The notes below the pieces were generated by a model. It was not told the DNA's origin. It ran no database searches and saw only the letters and a program-made list of their open reading frames with translations. From NCBI RefSeq assembly GCF_018350175.1, contig NC_058368.1, forward strand, positions 135,534,001 through 135,598,000: 64,000 nucleotides of DNA. Direction: 5' to 3'. Source of the stretch: Felis catus (Eukaryota). Positions 27,385 through 40,167 of this stretch are shown piece by piece. Each line of letters begins with the position of its first letter. Positions within the stretch are counted from its first letter, which is position 1. A program made the translations under genes and the position numbers.

Positions 27385-27633
27385 AAGAAGAAGAAGAAAA
27401 AGGAAGGAAGGAAGGAAGGAAGGAAGGAAGGAAGGAAGGAAGGAAGGAAGGAAGGAAAGAAGGAAGAAAGGGGCACCTGGGTGGCTCAGTCAGTTAAGTA
27501 TCTGACTTTGGTTCAGGTCATGATCTCGCAGTTCGTGGGTTTGAGCCCCACATCGGGCTCTGTGCTGACAACTCAGAGCCTGGATCCTGCTTCAGATTCC
27601 ATGTCTCCCTTACTCTCTGCCCCTCTCCTGCTT

Positions 27634-27684
<51 letters not shown>

Positions 27685-27935
27685 GTATTTCTCAAAAACA
27701 AATAAACATTAGGGGTGCTTGGGTGGCTCAGTCGGTTAACCTCTGACTTTGGCCAGGTCATGATCTCATGGTTCATGGGTTCAGGCTCTGCATCAAGCTC
27801 TGTGCTGACAGCTCAGAGCCTGGAACCTGCTTCTGATTCTGTGTCTCCCTCTCTCTCTGTCCCTCCCCCACTCACACTCTGTCTCTCTCTCCCCCACCCC
27901 TCCCAAAAAAATGAATAAACATTTTTTAAAATTTT
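27167..27935 (+). mobile_element. Three stacked Can-SINEs with (AAG)n/(AAGG)n tail, immediately 5' of the full-length L1
   Basis: Heads near 27168, 27470 and 27712. Confidence 0.9.
27355..27468. repeat. (AAG)14 followed by (AAGG)n
   Basis: Direct reading; in a SINE tail. Confidence 0.95.
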
Positions 27936-29354
27936 TTGTCATAAACAAACATTTTAAAAATGGGGGCGGTGGTGAGGGGCCAAGATGGTGGAATAGCATG
28001 GAAGTTTTTTTACATCTCTCATCCCTGAAATGCAGCCCAGATCAACACTAAACCATCTTGCATACCAAGAAAGCTGACTTGAGGATTAACAGAACAATTT
28101 GCACAACCTGAACCACAGAATTTGGCAGGTATGCAATGTGGAGAGGTGAACTGGAGGAGAGAGAAGCCCTGGAGTACAGGGAGCTGTTTTCATTTGCAGA
28201 GAGAAGACAGAGATGGGGGTGGGGGCAGAGTATGGGGAAAGCACCCCCATCAAAGCAGCTGGAGAGAAAAAGGAAGAGTGGAAACAGCCACAAGGGACTG
28301 AACAAAAAAGGGAGAAAGGGGAAAGGAGAGCATTTAAATACCATTAAGACTCTATAAACGGGGGGAGCACATAATCTGAAACTCCACAGCTTGATACCTG
28401 GCAGTGCTCTGGTGGGAAGGGCGTATCCCCAGGAGCAGAGAGCAAGGCCCAAGGAACCCTCAGGCCACACGGGGAGAGACAGGTCCCCTGGTGGTAGAGG
28501 CAGTGCGGCCTCCCCACAACCAAAGGTCCCAGCAGACCCCAGAGAATGGCCACATCCACTGGGATTGGAGCAAGGATGTTAATGGTGAAGCCTGGTGCCA
28601 AATGTGTGCTGTGATTTGCCACAATCCCTGAAATGCTGCTGCTACACAATTGCACAAACTTTTTCTCGGGTGGGCTGGTGCCGGCCACAGTCTCTGGGCA
28701 TAGGAAGTGGCACAGTCTGACGAACGTTCCTGGGGGCGGGCTGGCACCTGGCCATTGCTCAGTGATACCCTCCCCCAGAGAGTCAGAACGGGTCAAAGCC
28801 ACAGTCCCTCAGAAGTGAGGGGTTGGGAAACACAGCCCCATTTGAGATAAAACTCAGGAGGAAGGTGGTGCCCAGCAGCCTGACAGCTTGGTCACGAACA
28901 GTATAGAAGAGGGGAGTGGACAGAAGCCAGATACAACACAGGGGTGCTGGACTGCAAGTCATAGAGAGCACACAGGTCTGATACTACAGACTGGGTAGGT
29001 AGGTGGTGCCATTTTCACCCCTTGCACACATGCGCATACACCGCTACATGCACCACAGCAATCCACCCCAGTAAGCTAAGTAGTGCCATCTAGTGGAGAA
29101 GGGAGCTGTTACACTAAGCCTCACCCAACTGGGCCAACCATGTTCTTGAGGACCACCATAAGTCTCTCCTGCTTAGTTTATGGACTATAAAGTGCTTCAT
29201 GGTTTGAATTCTAGGGGAAAACAATGTAATTTCAATCATATTTCATTCAGTTCATTGGTCCATCTATTCAATTTTTTCTTTTCTTTTCCTATTCTTGAAT
29301 ACAGAAGGAAAATTTATTTTTATTTTCCATTTTTATTAAAAAGATTTTTCTTTA

Positions 29355-29566
29355 GGGGGACCTGGGTGGCTCAGTCAGTTAAGTATCCAACTTTGGCACA
29401 GGTCATGATCTCACCACTCGTGAGTTTGAGCCCCGCGTCGGGCTCTGTGCTGACACTCAGAGCCTGTAGCCTGTTTCAAATTCTGTGCCTCCCTCTCTCT
29501 CTGACCCTCCCCCGTTCATGCTCTGTCTCTGTCTCAAAAATGAATAAACGTTTAAAAAAATTTTTT
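29355..29566 (+). mobile_element. Can-SINE inserted in L1 5'UTR
   Basis: Perfect TSD AAGATTTTTCTTTA at 29341-29354 and 29567-29580. Confidence 0.95.
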
Positions 29567-29869
29567 AAGATTTTTCTTTAATTTTTTTACTATGTTTTTT
29601 ACTTTTTTGTAAATTTTTTAATTCTATTTTACTTCCATCATTTCATTTTATTCTGTTTTATTGTATCTATTTTTTCAAATTTTTGAACATTTCCCTTTTT
29701 TTTCTTTTTTCCTTTTTTTTTTATTTTCTTATCTTTCCCTTTTTTCTCTAACTAATCAAGGTTTTTTTCAATAACCAAACCAAAACACACCTAGGATCTA
29801 GCATCCTTTATTTGATTTTTTGTGCTGTTTTTAATTTTTTTACATTATTAATTCCTTTCTTCCTTCAAA

Positions 29870-30720
29870 ATGACTAAACAAAGGAATTCACCCTAAAAGA
29901 AAGAACAGGAAGAAATAACAGCCAGGGACTTAATCAACACAGATACCAGGAAGATGTCTGAACCAGAATTTTGAATCACAATAATGAGAATACTAGCTGG
30001 AGTCGAAAATAGATTAGAATCCCTTTCTGTGGAGATAAAAGCTAGTCAGGATGAAATCAAAAATGCCAAAATTGAGCTGCAATTTCTAATGGATGCCACG
30101 GTGGCAAGGATGAATGAAGCAGAGCAGCAAATCAGCGATATAGAGGACAAATTTATGGAGAATAACGAAGCTGAAAAAGAGCGAGACTAAAGCAAAAGAG
30201 CACAAAATAAGAATTAGGGAACTCAGAACTCTTCTGGGGCCCCAGAAGATGAAGAGAAAGAAAAAGAGCGAGGAGGTTTATGTGAGCAAATCATAGCAGA
30301 AAACTTTCCTAACCTGAGGAAAGACACAGACATCAAAATCCAGAAAGCACAAAGCACTGCCATTAGATTCAACAAAAATTGACCATCAACTAGGCATATC
30401 ATAGTCAAATTCACAAAATACTCATGCAAGGAAAGAATCATGAAAGCCGCAAGGTAAAAAACAAAAAAAGTCCTTAGCCTACAAGGGAAGACAGATCAGG
30501 TTCACAGCAGACCTATCCATGGAAATTTGGCCAGCCAGAAAGGAATGGCAGCATATATTCAATGTGCTGAATCAGAAAAATATGCAGTAAAGAATTCTTT
30601 ATTCATCAAGGCTGTCATTCAAAACAGAAGGAGAAATAAAAAGTTTCCCAGACAATCCAAAAATTAGAGTTCATGACCACTAAACCAGCCCTGCAAGAAA
30701 TTTTAAGGGGGGCTCTCTGA
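29870..30720 (+). pseudogene. L1 ORF1 remnant
   Basis: ATGACTAAACAAAGGAATTCACCC start; coiled-coil fragment MRILAGVENRLESLSVEIK... (ORF 29984-30190); ends ...CAAGAAATTTTAAGGGGGGCTCTCTGA; multiple stops. Confidence 0.85.
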
Positions 30721-30990
30721 GGGGGAAAAGATGGAAAAAAAAAGACCAAAAGCAACAAAGACTAGAAAGGACAAGAGAACACCACCAGAAACTCCAACTC
30801 TACAGACAACATAATGGCAATAAATTCATATATTTCAGTAGTCACTCTAAATGTCAATGAACTAAACACTCCAATCAAAAAGACATAGGGTAAGGAAAAT
30901 GGACAAGAAAACAAGATCCATCTATAAGCCGTTTATAAGAGACACATCTTAGATGTAACGACACCTTCAGATTAAAAATAAGAGGATGGA

Positions 30991-31207
30991 GGGGCGCCTG
31001 GGTGGCTCAGTCGGTTAAGCGGCCGACTTCGGCTCAGGTCATGATCTCGCGGTCCGTGAGTTCAAGCCCCGCATCAGGCTCTGTGCTGACAGCTCAGAGC
31101 CTGGAGCCTGTTTCAGATTCTGTGTCTCCCTCTCTCTGAACCTCCCCCTTTCATGCTTTGTCTCTCTCTGTCTCAAAAGTAAATAAACGCTAAAAAAAAA
31201 TTTTTTT
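30991..31207 (+). mobile_element. Can-SINE inserted in L1 ORF2 endonuclease
   Basis: Perfect TSD AAATAAGAGGATGGA at 30976-30990 and 31208-31222. Confidence 0.95.
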
Positions 31208-32680
31208 AAATAAGAGGATGGAGAACCATCTACCATGCTAATGGTCTCCAAAAGAAAGCTGGAGTAGCCATACTTACATCAGACAATCTAAATTTTAAAA
31301 TAAAGACTGTAACAAGAGATGAAGAAGGGTATTATATCATAATAAAGGGTCTATCCGCCAAAAAGATCTAAGAAGTGTAAACATTTATGCTCCAAACGTG
31401 GACACACCCAAATATATAAATCAATTAATCACAAACATAAAGAAACTCATTGATAATAATACCATAATAGTACGGGATTTCAACACCCCACTTACAACAA
31501 TGGACAGATCATCTAAACAGAAAATCAACAAAGAAACAATGGCTTTGAATGACACACTGGACCGGATGGACTTAACAGACATATTCAGAACATTTCATCC
31601 TAAAGCAGCAGAATACACATTCTTCTCAAGTGCACATGGAACATTCTCCAGAAAAGATCACATACTAGAACACAAATCAGCCCTCAACAAGTACAAAAAA
31701 ATCGCAATGCATGCATATTTTCAGACCCCAACAATATGAAACTCCAAATCAACCACAAGAAAAAATTTGGAAAGATAACAAATACTTGGAGACTAAAGAA
31801 CATCCTGCTAAAGAATGAATGGGCTAACCAAGAAGTTAAAGAGAAAATTAAAAAGTACTTGGAAGCCAATGAAAATGATAACACCACAACCCAAAACCTC
31901 TGTGATGCAGCAAAGGCAGTCATAAGAGGGAAGTATACAGCAATCCAGGCCTTCCTAAAGGAGGAGTAAAGGTCTCAGATACACAACCTAACCTTATACC
32001 TTAAAGAGCTGTAAAAAGAACAGCAAATAAAACCCAAACAGCAGAACAGATCATTGAAACAAGGTGCCGGTTCTTTGAAAGATTTAACAAAATTGATAAA
32101 CCCTTAGCCAATTTGATCAAAGAGAAAAAGGAAAGGACTCAAATAAAATCAAGAATGAAAGAGGAGAGATCACAATCAACACAGCAGAAATACAAACAAT
32201 AAGAGAATATTATAAGCAATTATACACCAACAAAATGGGCCATATGGAAGAAATGGGCAAATTCCTAGAAACATGTAAACTACCAAAACTGAAACAGGAA
32301 GAAATAGAAAATTTGAACAGACCCATAACCACTAAAGAAATTGATTTAGTAATCAAAAATCTCCCACAAAACAAGACTCCAGGGCCAGGCGTTTTCCAGC
32401 GGAATTCTACCAAACATTTAAAGAAGAGTTAACACCTATTCTTTTGAAGCTGTTCCAAAAAAATAGAAATGGAAGGAAAACTTCCAAACTCATCTTATGA
32501 AGCCAACATTACCTGGATTCCAAAACCAGACAAAGATCCCACTAAAAAGGAGAACTACAAACCAATTTCCCTGATGAACATGCATGTAAACATCCTCAAC
32601 AAGATACTAGCCAACCAGATCCAGCAATACATTAAAAGAATTATTCACCACGACCAAGTGCGATCTATACCTGGGATGCA

Positions 32681-32918
32681 GGGGCGCCCGGGTGGCGCAG
32701 TCGGTTAAGCGTCCGACTTCAGCCAGGTCACGATCTCGCGGCCAGGTCACGATCTCGCGGTCCGTGAGTTCGAGCCCCGCGTCGGGCTCTGGGCTGATGG
32801 CTCGGAGCCTGGAGCCTGTTTCCGATTCTGTGTCTCCCTCTCTCTCTGTCCCTCCCCCGTTCATGCTCTGTCTCTCTCTGTCCCAAAAATAAATAAAAAC
32901 GCTGAAAAAAAAAAAATT
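32681..32918 (+). mobile_element. Young CpG-rich felid SINE inserted in L1 RT region
   Basis: TSD TATACCTGGGATGCA at 32666-32680 and 32919-32933; CpGs largely intact. Confidence 0.95.
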
Positions 32919-34893
32919 TATACCTGGGATGCAGGGCTGGTTCAATATCTGCAAAACAATCAATGTGATACATCACATCAATAAAAGAAAGGACAAGAAC
33001 CACACGATCCTCTCATTAGATGCAGAGAAAGCATTTGACAAAATACAGCATCCTTTCTTAATAAAAACCCTCAAGAAAGTAGGAGTATAAGGATCATACC
33101 TCAAGACCATAAAAGCCATATATGAAAGGCTCACTGCTAATATCATAGTTGATGGGGAAAAACTGAGAGCTTTCCACCTAAGGTCAGGAACATGACAGGG
33201 ACGTCCACTCTCACCGCTGTTTTCAACATAGACTGAACGTCTTAGCCTCAGCAATCAGACAACACAAAGGAATAAAAGGCATCCATATCAGCCAGGAGGA
33301 AGTCAAAATTTCACTCTTCGCAGATGACATAGTACTCTATATAGAAAATCCAAAAGACTCCACCAAAAAACTGCTAGAACTGATCCATGATTCAGCAAAG
33401 TCACAGGATATAAAATCAATGCACAGAAATCAGTTGCATTCCTATACACCAAAAATTTAGCAACAGAAAGAGAAATCAAGGAATTGATCCCATTTATAAT
33501 TGCACTAAAAACCATAAAATACCTAAGAATAATCCCAACCAAAGAGGTAAAAAAAATCTATACACTGAAAACTATAGAAAGCTTATTAAAGAAATTGAAG
33601 AAAACATACAAAAAAAGGAAAAATATTTCATGGTCCTGTACTGAAAGAACAAATATTGTTAAAATGTCGATACTACCTAAAGCGATCTACATATTCAATG
33701 CAATCCCGGTCAAAATAACACCTGCATTCTTCACAGAGATAGAACAAACAATCCTAAAATTTGTATGGAACCAGAAAAGACCCTGAATAGCCAAAGCAAT
33801 CTTGAAAAAGAAAACCAAAGCTGGAGGCATCACAATCCCAGACTCCAAGCTGTATTACAAAGCTATAATCATCAAGACAGTATGGTATTGGCACAAAAAC
33901 AGACATTCAGAAAAATGGAACAGAATAGAGAACCCAGAAATGGGCTCACAAACATATGGCCAACTAATGTTTGACAAAGCAGGAAAGAATACCCAATGGA
34001 ATAAAGACAATGTCTTCAGCAAGTGGTGCTGGGAAAACTGGACAGCGACATGCAGAAAAATGAATCTGGACCACTTTCTCACACCATACACAAAAATAAA
34101 CTCAAAATGGATGAAAGACCTAAACGGAAGACAGGAAGCCATCAAAATCCTCGAGGAGAAGACAGGCAACAACATCTTTGACCTTGGCCACAGTAACTTC
34201 TTACTCAACACGTCTCCAGAGGCAAGGGAAACAAAAGCAAAAATGAACTATTGGGACCTCATCAAAATAAAAAGCTTCTGCACAGCAAAGGAAACAATCT
34301 TATACAAAACTAAAAGGCAACCGACAGAATGGGAGAAGATATTTGCAAATGATATAGCAGATAAAGGGTTAGTATCAAAAATCTATAAAGAACTTACCAA
34401 ACTCAACACCCAAAAACAAATCATGCAGTGAAGAAATGGACAAAAGACATGAATAGACACTTCTCCAAAGAAGACATCCAGATGGCCGACTGACACATGA
34501 AAAAATGCTCAATATCACTCATCATCAGGGAAATACAAATCAAAACCACAATGAGATACCACCTCACACCTGTCAGAATGGCTAACATTAACAACTCAGG
34601 CAACAACAGATGTTGGTGAGAATGTGGAGAAAGAGGATCTCTTTTGCACTGCTGGTGGGAGTGCAAACTGGTGCAACCACTCTGGAAAACAGTAGGGAGG
34701 TTCCTCAAAAAACTAAAAACAGAACTACCCTACGACCCAGCAATTGCACTATTAGGTATTTATCCAAGGGATACAGGTGTGCTGTTTTGAAGGGGCACAT
34801 GCACCCCAATGTATATAGCAGCACTATGAACAATACCCAAAGTATGTAAAGAGCCCAAATGTCCATCAATGGATGAATGGATAAAGAAGATGT

Positions 34894-34928
<35 letters not shown>

Positions 34929-37069
34929 GTAATGGAGTATTACTCAGCAATCGAAAAGAATGAAATCTTACCATTTGCAACTACATGAATGGAACTAGAG
35001 TGTATTATGCTAAGCGAAATTAGAGAAAGACAAATATCATATGAGTTCACTCAAATGAGGACTTGAAGATACAAAACAGATGAACCTAAGGGAAGGGAAG
35101 CAAAAATAACATAAAAACAGGGAGGGGGGCAAAACATAAGAGACTCTTAAATATGGAGAACAAACAGAGGGCTGCTGGAGGGGTTGTGGGAGGGGGGATG
35201 GTCTAAATGGGTAAGGGGCAGTAAGGAATCTACTCCTGAAATCATTGTTGCACTATATGCTAATTTGAATGTAAATTTAAAAATTAATTAATTACTTAAT
35301 TTTTTTAAACAAGAATAGAAAGTCTCTCTCCCAATCCTGACCCCAGGCCCCTAAGTATCCACCTGCACCTCACCCACCAAAGCGAGCACTGTATTACCTT
35401 CTTGTATGTCTTGATTTTTGTGCATGCACCATGCACTCATTAGCTGTCTGATAAAGCCTATGGATGCCCCTGAGAATAACGTTTGAAAATATGTAAAATA
35501 AAATACAGAGAATTAAAAAGAAACCAATTATATTGAAATATGGTTCTATCTCCGAAGCACTTAGGGTTCCATGGACTCCAGAATAAGAGCCTCTGCTCTT
35601 AGTTCCCATGCGTACAAGCATATTTATAGGCATTGCTCCTCCCACAAATGGTAGCAAGTCTTCTGCAGCGGATACTGCTGGAGCTCTGCCCAGATCTCCT
35701 GTACAGCCAGCTCACCCATTGCCTGGCTGCTGTGAGTGATGGCTACTAGTGGCTCACAGCTGCCCTCTTCTGAAGGGAATCCTCTCCCCACCCTCCAGCC
35801 TGTGACATACCACAGCCAACACAGGGGTAAAAGGGTGGACGACTCTGTGGTGCAATTCACTCTTCTGTGCTTCCCGTGGGATCCAGCTAAAGCTGATGTC
35901 CATTCAGACCATCTCCTTGCTTAGCTTCCCCCCCTCCCCTTGCCCCATTCTCCCACTCCCACAGCCCCTCCTAAAAGCACAAGAATCCCTGTCTAACTCT
36001 TTGATTCTAGAAATCCTGATGCCAGACCCATATTTACCTTCCCTTACCTTGACATTTCCAGTTATTGATTCCTTGGAAGGGATACCATATCTGTACATAT
36101 GGATCTGCCACATTCTTTTAACAGCCACATACTATTCCATTAAATGGATTTACCATAATTAATTTAGCACATTTCCAGCACAATCATTTCCAAAATTTCT
36201 CTCTGGAAACTTAAAAAATTCAATTTTTGCACATTTAAATGTGATTACTGCCTTGCCATATTTTAAGTATCTAGTTAGTTGCTGAGAAGCCTTTCTTCAA
36301 CTTCATTAGCTATAAAACTTTAGTCCTTTGCTATTTTTTGGAATAAAGCTTTATTCTCAGGGCAATTTATCTTTAAATTTGACAAGCTATAAAGATTCAG
36401 CTGGCCCTTCCATCTCCCAGTCCCCACAGCCAAAGCATATTCGCACCCAATCAAGGACCCTTCTCCATTCTAAACAGCGAAAAAGTAGGAGCTGCAAACA
36501 CGGACCCTCAAATCACTGGGCATCGATGCCTTCATCGATGCCTTCCTCCCCACCAGTGAGAGAAGCAGACACCTCTTGAGTCTGTAGGAACCCCCAGGCC
36601 CCTTGCCGTCTCACACATGACTCCCCACAGCAAACACCCATTCCCAAGGACAGCACAGTCTAAACCCACAAGGGGACAAGAAGCAGTTCCTCTCTGCATC
36701 CCCAAGAAAGGTGGATTTGTTCCCCCCCAACCTCCCACCTCTCCGTTCCCCTCCTCCCTCACCACCCCACACCATCCCTACAACCGCCCCCATCCCACCC
36801 CACCCCAGTGACACTTGTTTCTGCTTTTCTATGAGGTCGAACTGTGCCTTCTGAAGAGACTTCCTCTATGCGGGAATTTCCCATAATCTCTGTTCCACTT
36901 CCCCAAGATTGAAACCAGAACTCTTCCCACCTAGCAGCTGCTCACAGTGTGCACGGTGATTAAACCAAGAGCAGAGCAACACGAGGAAGCAGGTGCCGCT
37001 AGGAAGCCATTTTCTAGCCAGGAAGGAAGAGAGGGACTGGGAGCGGGATCTGGAGGCCCCCATGCTCGA

Positions 37070-37800
37070 TTTCACTCAAAATCAGGGAAATGCAAAACAA
37101 ATCAAGAGAAATATTTTTTTCTACCTATCAGACTGGCAGAGGTGGAAATGTCCAATGAACTACATTAGTGTGAACGTGGGAAAACACGCTGCCAGTGGGG
37201 GAATAAACAGGTACAACCTCCGTGGAGAGAACCGGGCCATAAACTATCCAGTGTGAAATGCAAAACCCCTGACCCAGCAATTTCACTAATTGGAACTTAT
37301 CCTATAGATCAGAGTCCAGCACACCTTTTCTTTAAAAGGCCAGGTAGTAAGTATTTTGGGCTTCCACGCCATGTATTTCTGTTGCAATTACTCACCCCTG
37401 CTGTTGTAGCACGAAAGCAGCCACAGGCAATATGTAAACAAACAGGCACGGCTGTGTGCCAATAAAACTTTATTTACAAAAACAAATGGCAGTTTGAAAT
37501 TGTCCCACGGGCTACAGATTGCCAACCTCTGCCAGGTTTTCTAGCATGTATATACAAAAACATGTATATTATATTCTTCATAGCAACAACCTAAGAATGG
37601 AAGCCACCTTGATGTCCACCAAGAGAGGCCTGGATAAGTAAATTTGACTACATCCTTTCAGTGGAATACTCGCAGCCAGTAAGAAGGAGGCAGCTCTATG
37701 TGTACTGATAAGGGTGATACCCAAAATATATCAATTTTTTAATGCAAGGTGGAGAACAGGGTACCATATGCTTCCATTTTTTATTAAAAATGTATACGTT
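37070..37800 (+). mobile_element. Ancient L1ME fragment interrupted by MER58
   Basis: TCAGGGAAATGCAAA..., GACCCAGCAATTTCACT, GTGGAATACT motifs. Confidence 0.6.
37310..37531. mobile_element. MER58-like hAT-Charlie DNA transposon
   Basis: CAGAG...CTCTG termini; internal CCAATAAAACTTTATTTACAAAAACA typical of MER58. Confidence 0.75.
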
Positions 37801-37801
37801 T

Positions 37802-37905
37802 GGGGTGCCTGGGTGGCTCAGTCAATTGACCATCCAACTTCAGCTCAGGTCATGATCTCACAGGTTGTGAGTTCGAGCCCCATGTCAGCACAGAGCCTGC
37901 TTCAG

Positions 37906-37957
<52 letters not shown>

Positions 37958-38124
37958 AAACATTTTTAAAAATCTTTAAAAATATTTATACATGTGGGCG
38001 CGCCTGGATGCCTCAGTCGGTTAAGCATCTGACTTCGACTCAGGTAGTAATCTCATGGTTGGTGAGTTCGAGTACCGAATCAGGTGAGCTTGAGCCCTGC
38101 CTGGGGTAAAACATGAGCTCCGCC

Positions 38125-38173
<49 letters not shown>

Positions 38174-38300
38174 CTCCTCTCCCCCCCCTTCTCTCTCTCT
38201 CCCTCTCTGCCCCTTGTGGGATTCTCTCTCTCCCTCTCTCTCTCTGCCCCTCACTCACTTGTGCCCTGTCTCTCTCTTTCTCTCTCTCTCTCAAAAAAAG
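37802..38300 (+). mobile_element. Two Can-SINEs
   Basis: Heads at about 37802 and 37996; long (CT)n tracts. Confidence 0.88.
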
Positions 38301-38310
38301 GGATATAGAT

Positions 38311-38311
<1 letters not shown>

Positions 38312-38353
<42 letters not shown>
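38312..38353. repeat. (GATA)n tetranucleotide
   Basis: Direct reading. Confidence 0.95.
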
Positions 38354-40167
38354 CACATATACTTGTATATGTATGTTTGCTTATCTAAGCATAACACATA
38401 TCTGAAAGGACACACAAGAGGGTTGGGGAAGGAAACCAGGTGATGAACAGGAGTATGAAGGAGACTTTTATTCACTGTCTGCCCTTTTGAGCCCTTTGAA
38501 TCACATACCATGTGCTTCACCAATGAAGGACAAATAAACACAATTTAATTTTTTAATTGCATGTGCACTTATAGTACTGTTCTGGATCACCAAGTATAGA
38601 CCGAAAAATAAAGTGGGGCCTCTAGGTAGCCGACCTAGCTATTTCCAAAGTCCCCTCTCATGGCCAGAGGCTATGGTGTCTGTCAAAGAGCACCATGGTG
38701 GGAATCCAGAGACCTGGCTCCAAGTCCAGCCTCTGTTACCGACTCAGTGCTGCCCTGGGCCAAACTCATTGTCCTGCCCACAGTCAAACTCATTGTCCTG
38801 CCCACCCCTTTCCTCTTCTGTAAAATGCTGGCAATAGTCCTTTTGAGCTATGTAATATAAAATAATATTAATGTTACTGGGGAAATCTCTTAATGCCTCT
38901 GGGCCACTTTCCTCATCTGCAAAATCAGAAAGTTGGACAAAATGAGGACTTTCACTGTCAAATGCATGACCCCATTAATACACAAAGTAGTCATTTACAA
39001 AAATTCAGGCAGAATCATGAAGTTGGCAACCTAGTAGGGATCGCTTCTTGCTTATCTCAAGGGAATGACTTCCAAATCCAAAAAAGAAAGTAAGATATCT
39101 GTTTGCACATAGAGATCCAGTCCAACCTGGAGGCGGGAAATGTCCAAGGACACCACCTCTCTTTCCTTGGCCAGCAGACCCAGCAGTTGTCACATTCAGG
39201 AAACTTTTTTTTTTTTTAGCTGCCACTGCATATAGAACATAGCCCATTGGGAAAAAATGTAGGAAATGTCACTTACAAAGAGAGATACACTATTGGTGTC
39301 AAACAATAGACTCATGAGAGCTGGCAGGAGAAAGAAATGGAAGGGTCCTGCTCAGGGGAGCCATACAGGGAGGGCCCTGCCCTGTCCTGACTTCTGGCCT
39401 CTGCTAAGAGCTACCATTTGTATTGTTTCAGGAACTCCAGGGAGATGACAGGACAGTGATGAGGAAGATCAGGACTGCACTATCCTCCCATTTCTGAGAA
39501 TTTCTGGTTATTGTTAAACAAAAGTTTGGAGAAGTTAAACTGACAGGAAATAACACGTGTGTTGACTTATAAGGTGGCAAATGTTGTGAAATCCTTTTTC
39601 AGAAAAGGCCAACCAGAGGAGAATGTGCCGATGTGATAAGGAGCACAGCTCTTAAGACCATCTCAGCTGGTGAGAAGTCTCTCTGTTTTCCTTCCTCATT
39701 TCCATGAGCTCGGGAGTATACACTCAGATGCTTTGAAAAGCATCTTGCAGAGACTCTTCATGTCCCTGACTTCCAAGAACCTTTTGTTCTTGAATAAACC
39801 ATTTTTGGCCCCTCAATCTTAGAACCAAAGCATCCAGTCAAATCTAAGAGATTTTAACAAATTGCAGACTCTACCTGAAAATGCAGAGAGCACAGTGGGG
39901 ATATGTCCCCAGAAATGATAGGCCAGGACAGGCAGGGAGGGAATGGGAGGCCATAAGGCAGCAGAAGAAAAGGAAGGTGAGATTTCAAATGTGAATTAGA
40001 GAATTGCACTTTCTCTTTGAATGGTGGACAAAATATTCATTGAATCAGGACATCAGGGTTTGGTGAAAAAATGGGTAGATTATGGGGCAACTAGAAAGAG
40101 GATGACAAAGAGAAAAGAAAAGAAGAAAAAAGAGAAAGTGAATTCAGTATAAGAATTTGCTATGAGA

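Larger units (their letters stand above)
30814..35060 (+). pseudogene. L1 ORF2 remnant (endonuclease/reverse transcriptase)
   Basis: Starts MAINSYISVVTLNVN; EN motifs DFNTPL and FSRKDHIL; RT motif FADD at 33317-33328; C-terminal [15 protein letters not shown]; broken by stops, frameshifts and two SINEs. Confidence 0.92.
27962..35290 (+). mobile_element. Near-full-length, inactivated carnivore/felid LINE-1
   Basis: 5' GGGG..CAAGATGG (YY1-like) start, GC-rich 5'UTR, ORF1 and ORF2 remnants with stops and frameshifts, G-rich 3'UTR and A-rich end; interrupted by three SINEs. Confidence 0.95.

Noticed and set aside
27962..35290. L1 as an active element; antisense ORFs 28048-28802 and 33855-34980
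   Set aside because: ORF1 and ORF2 have many stops, frameshifts and SINE insertions; the antisense ORFs are L1 shadows.
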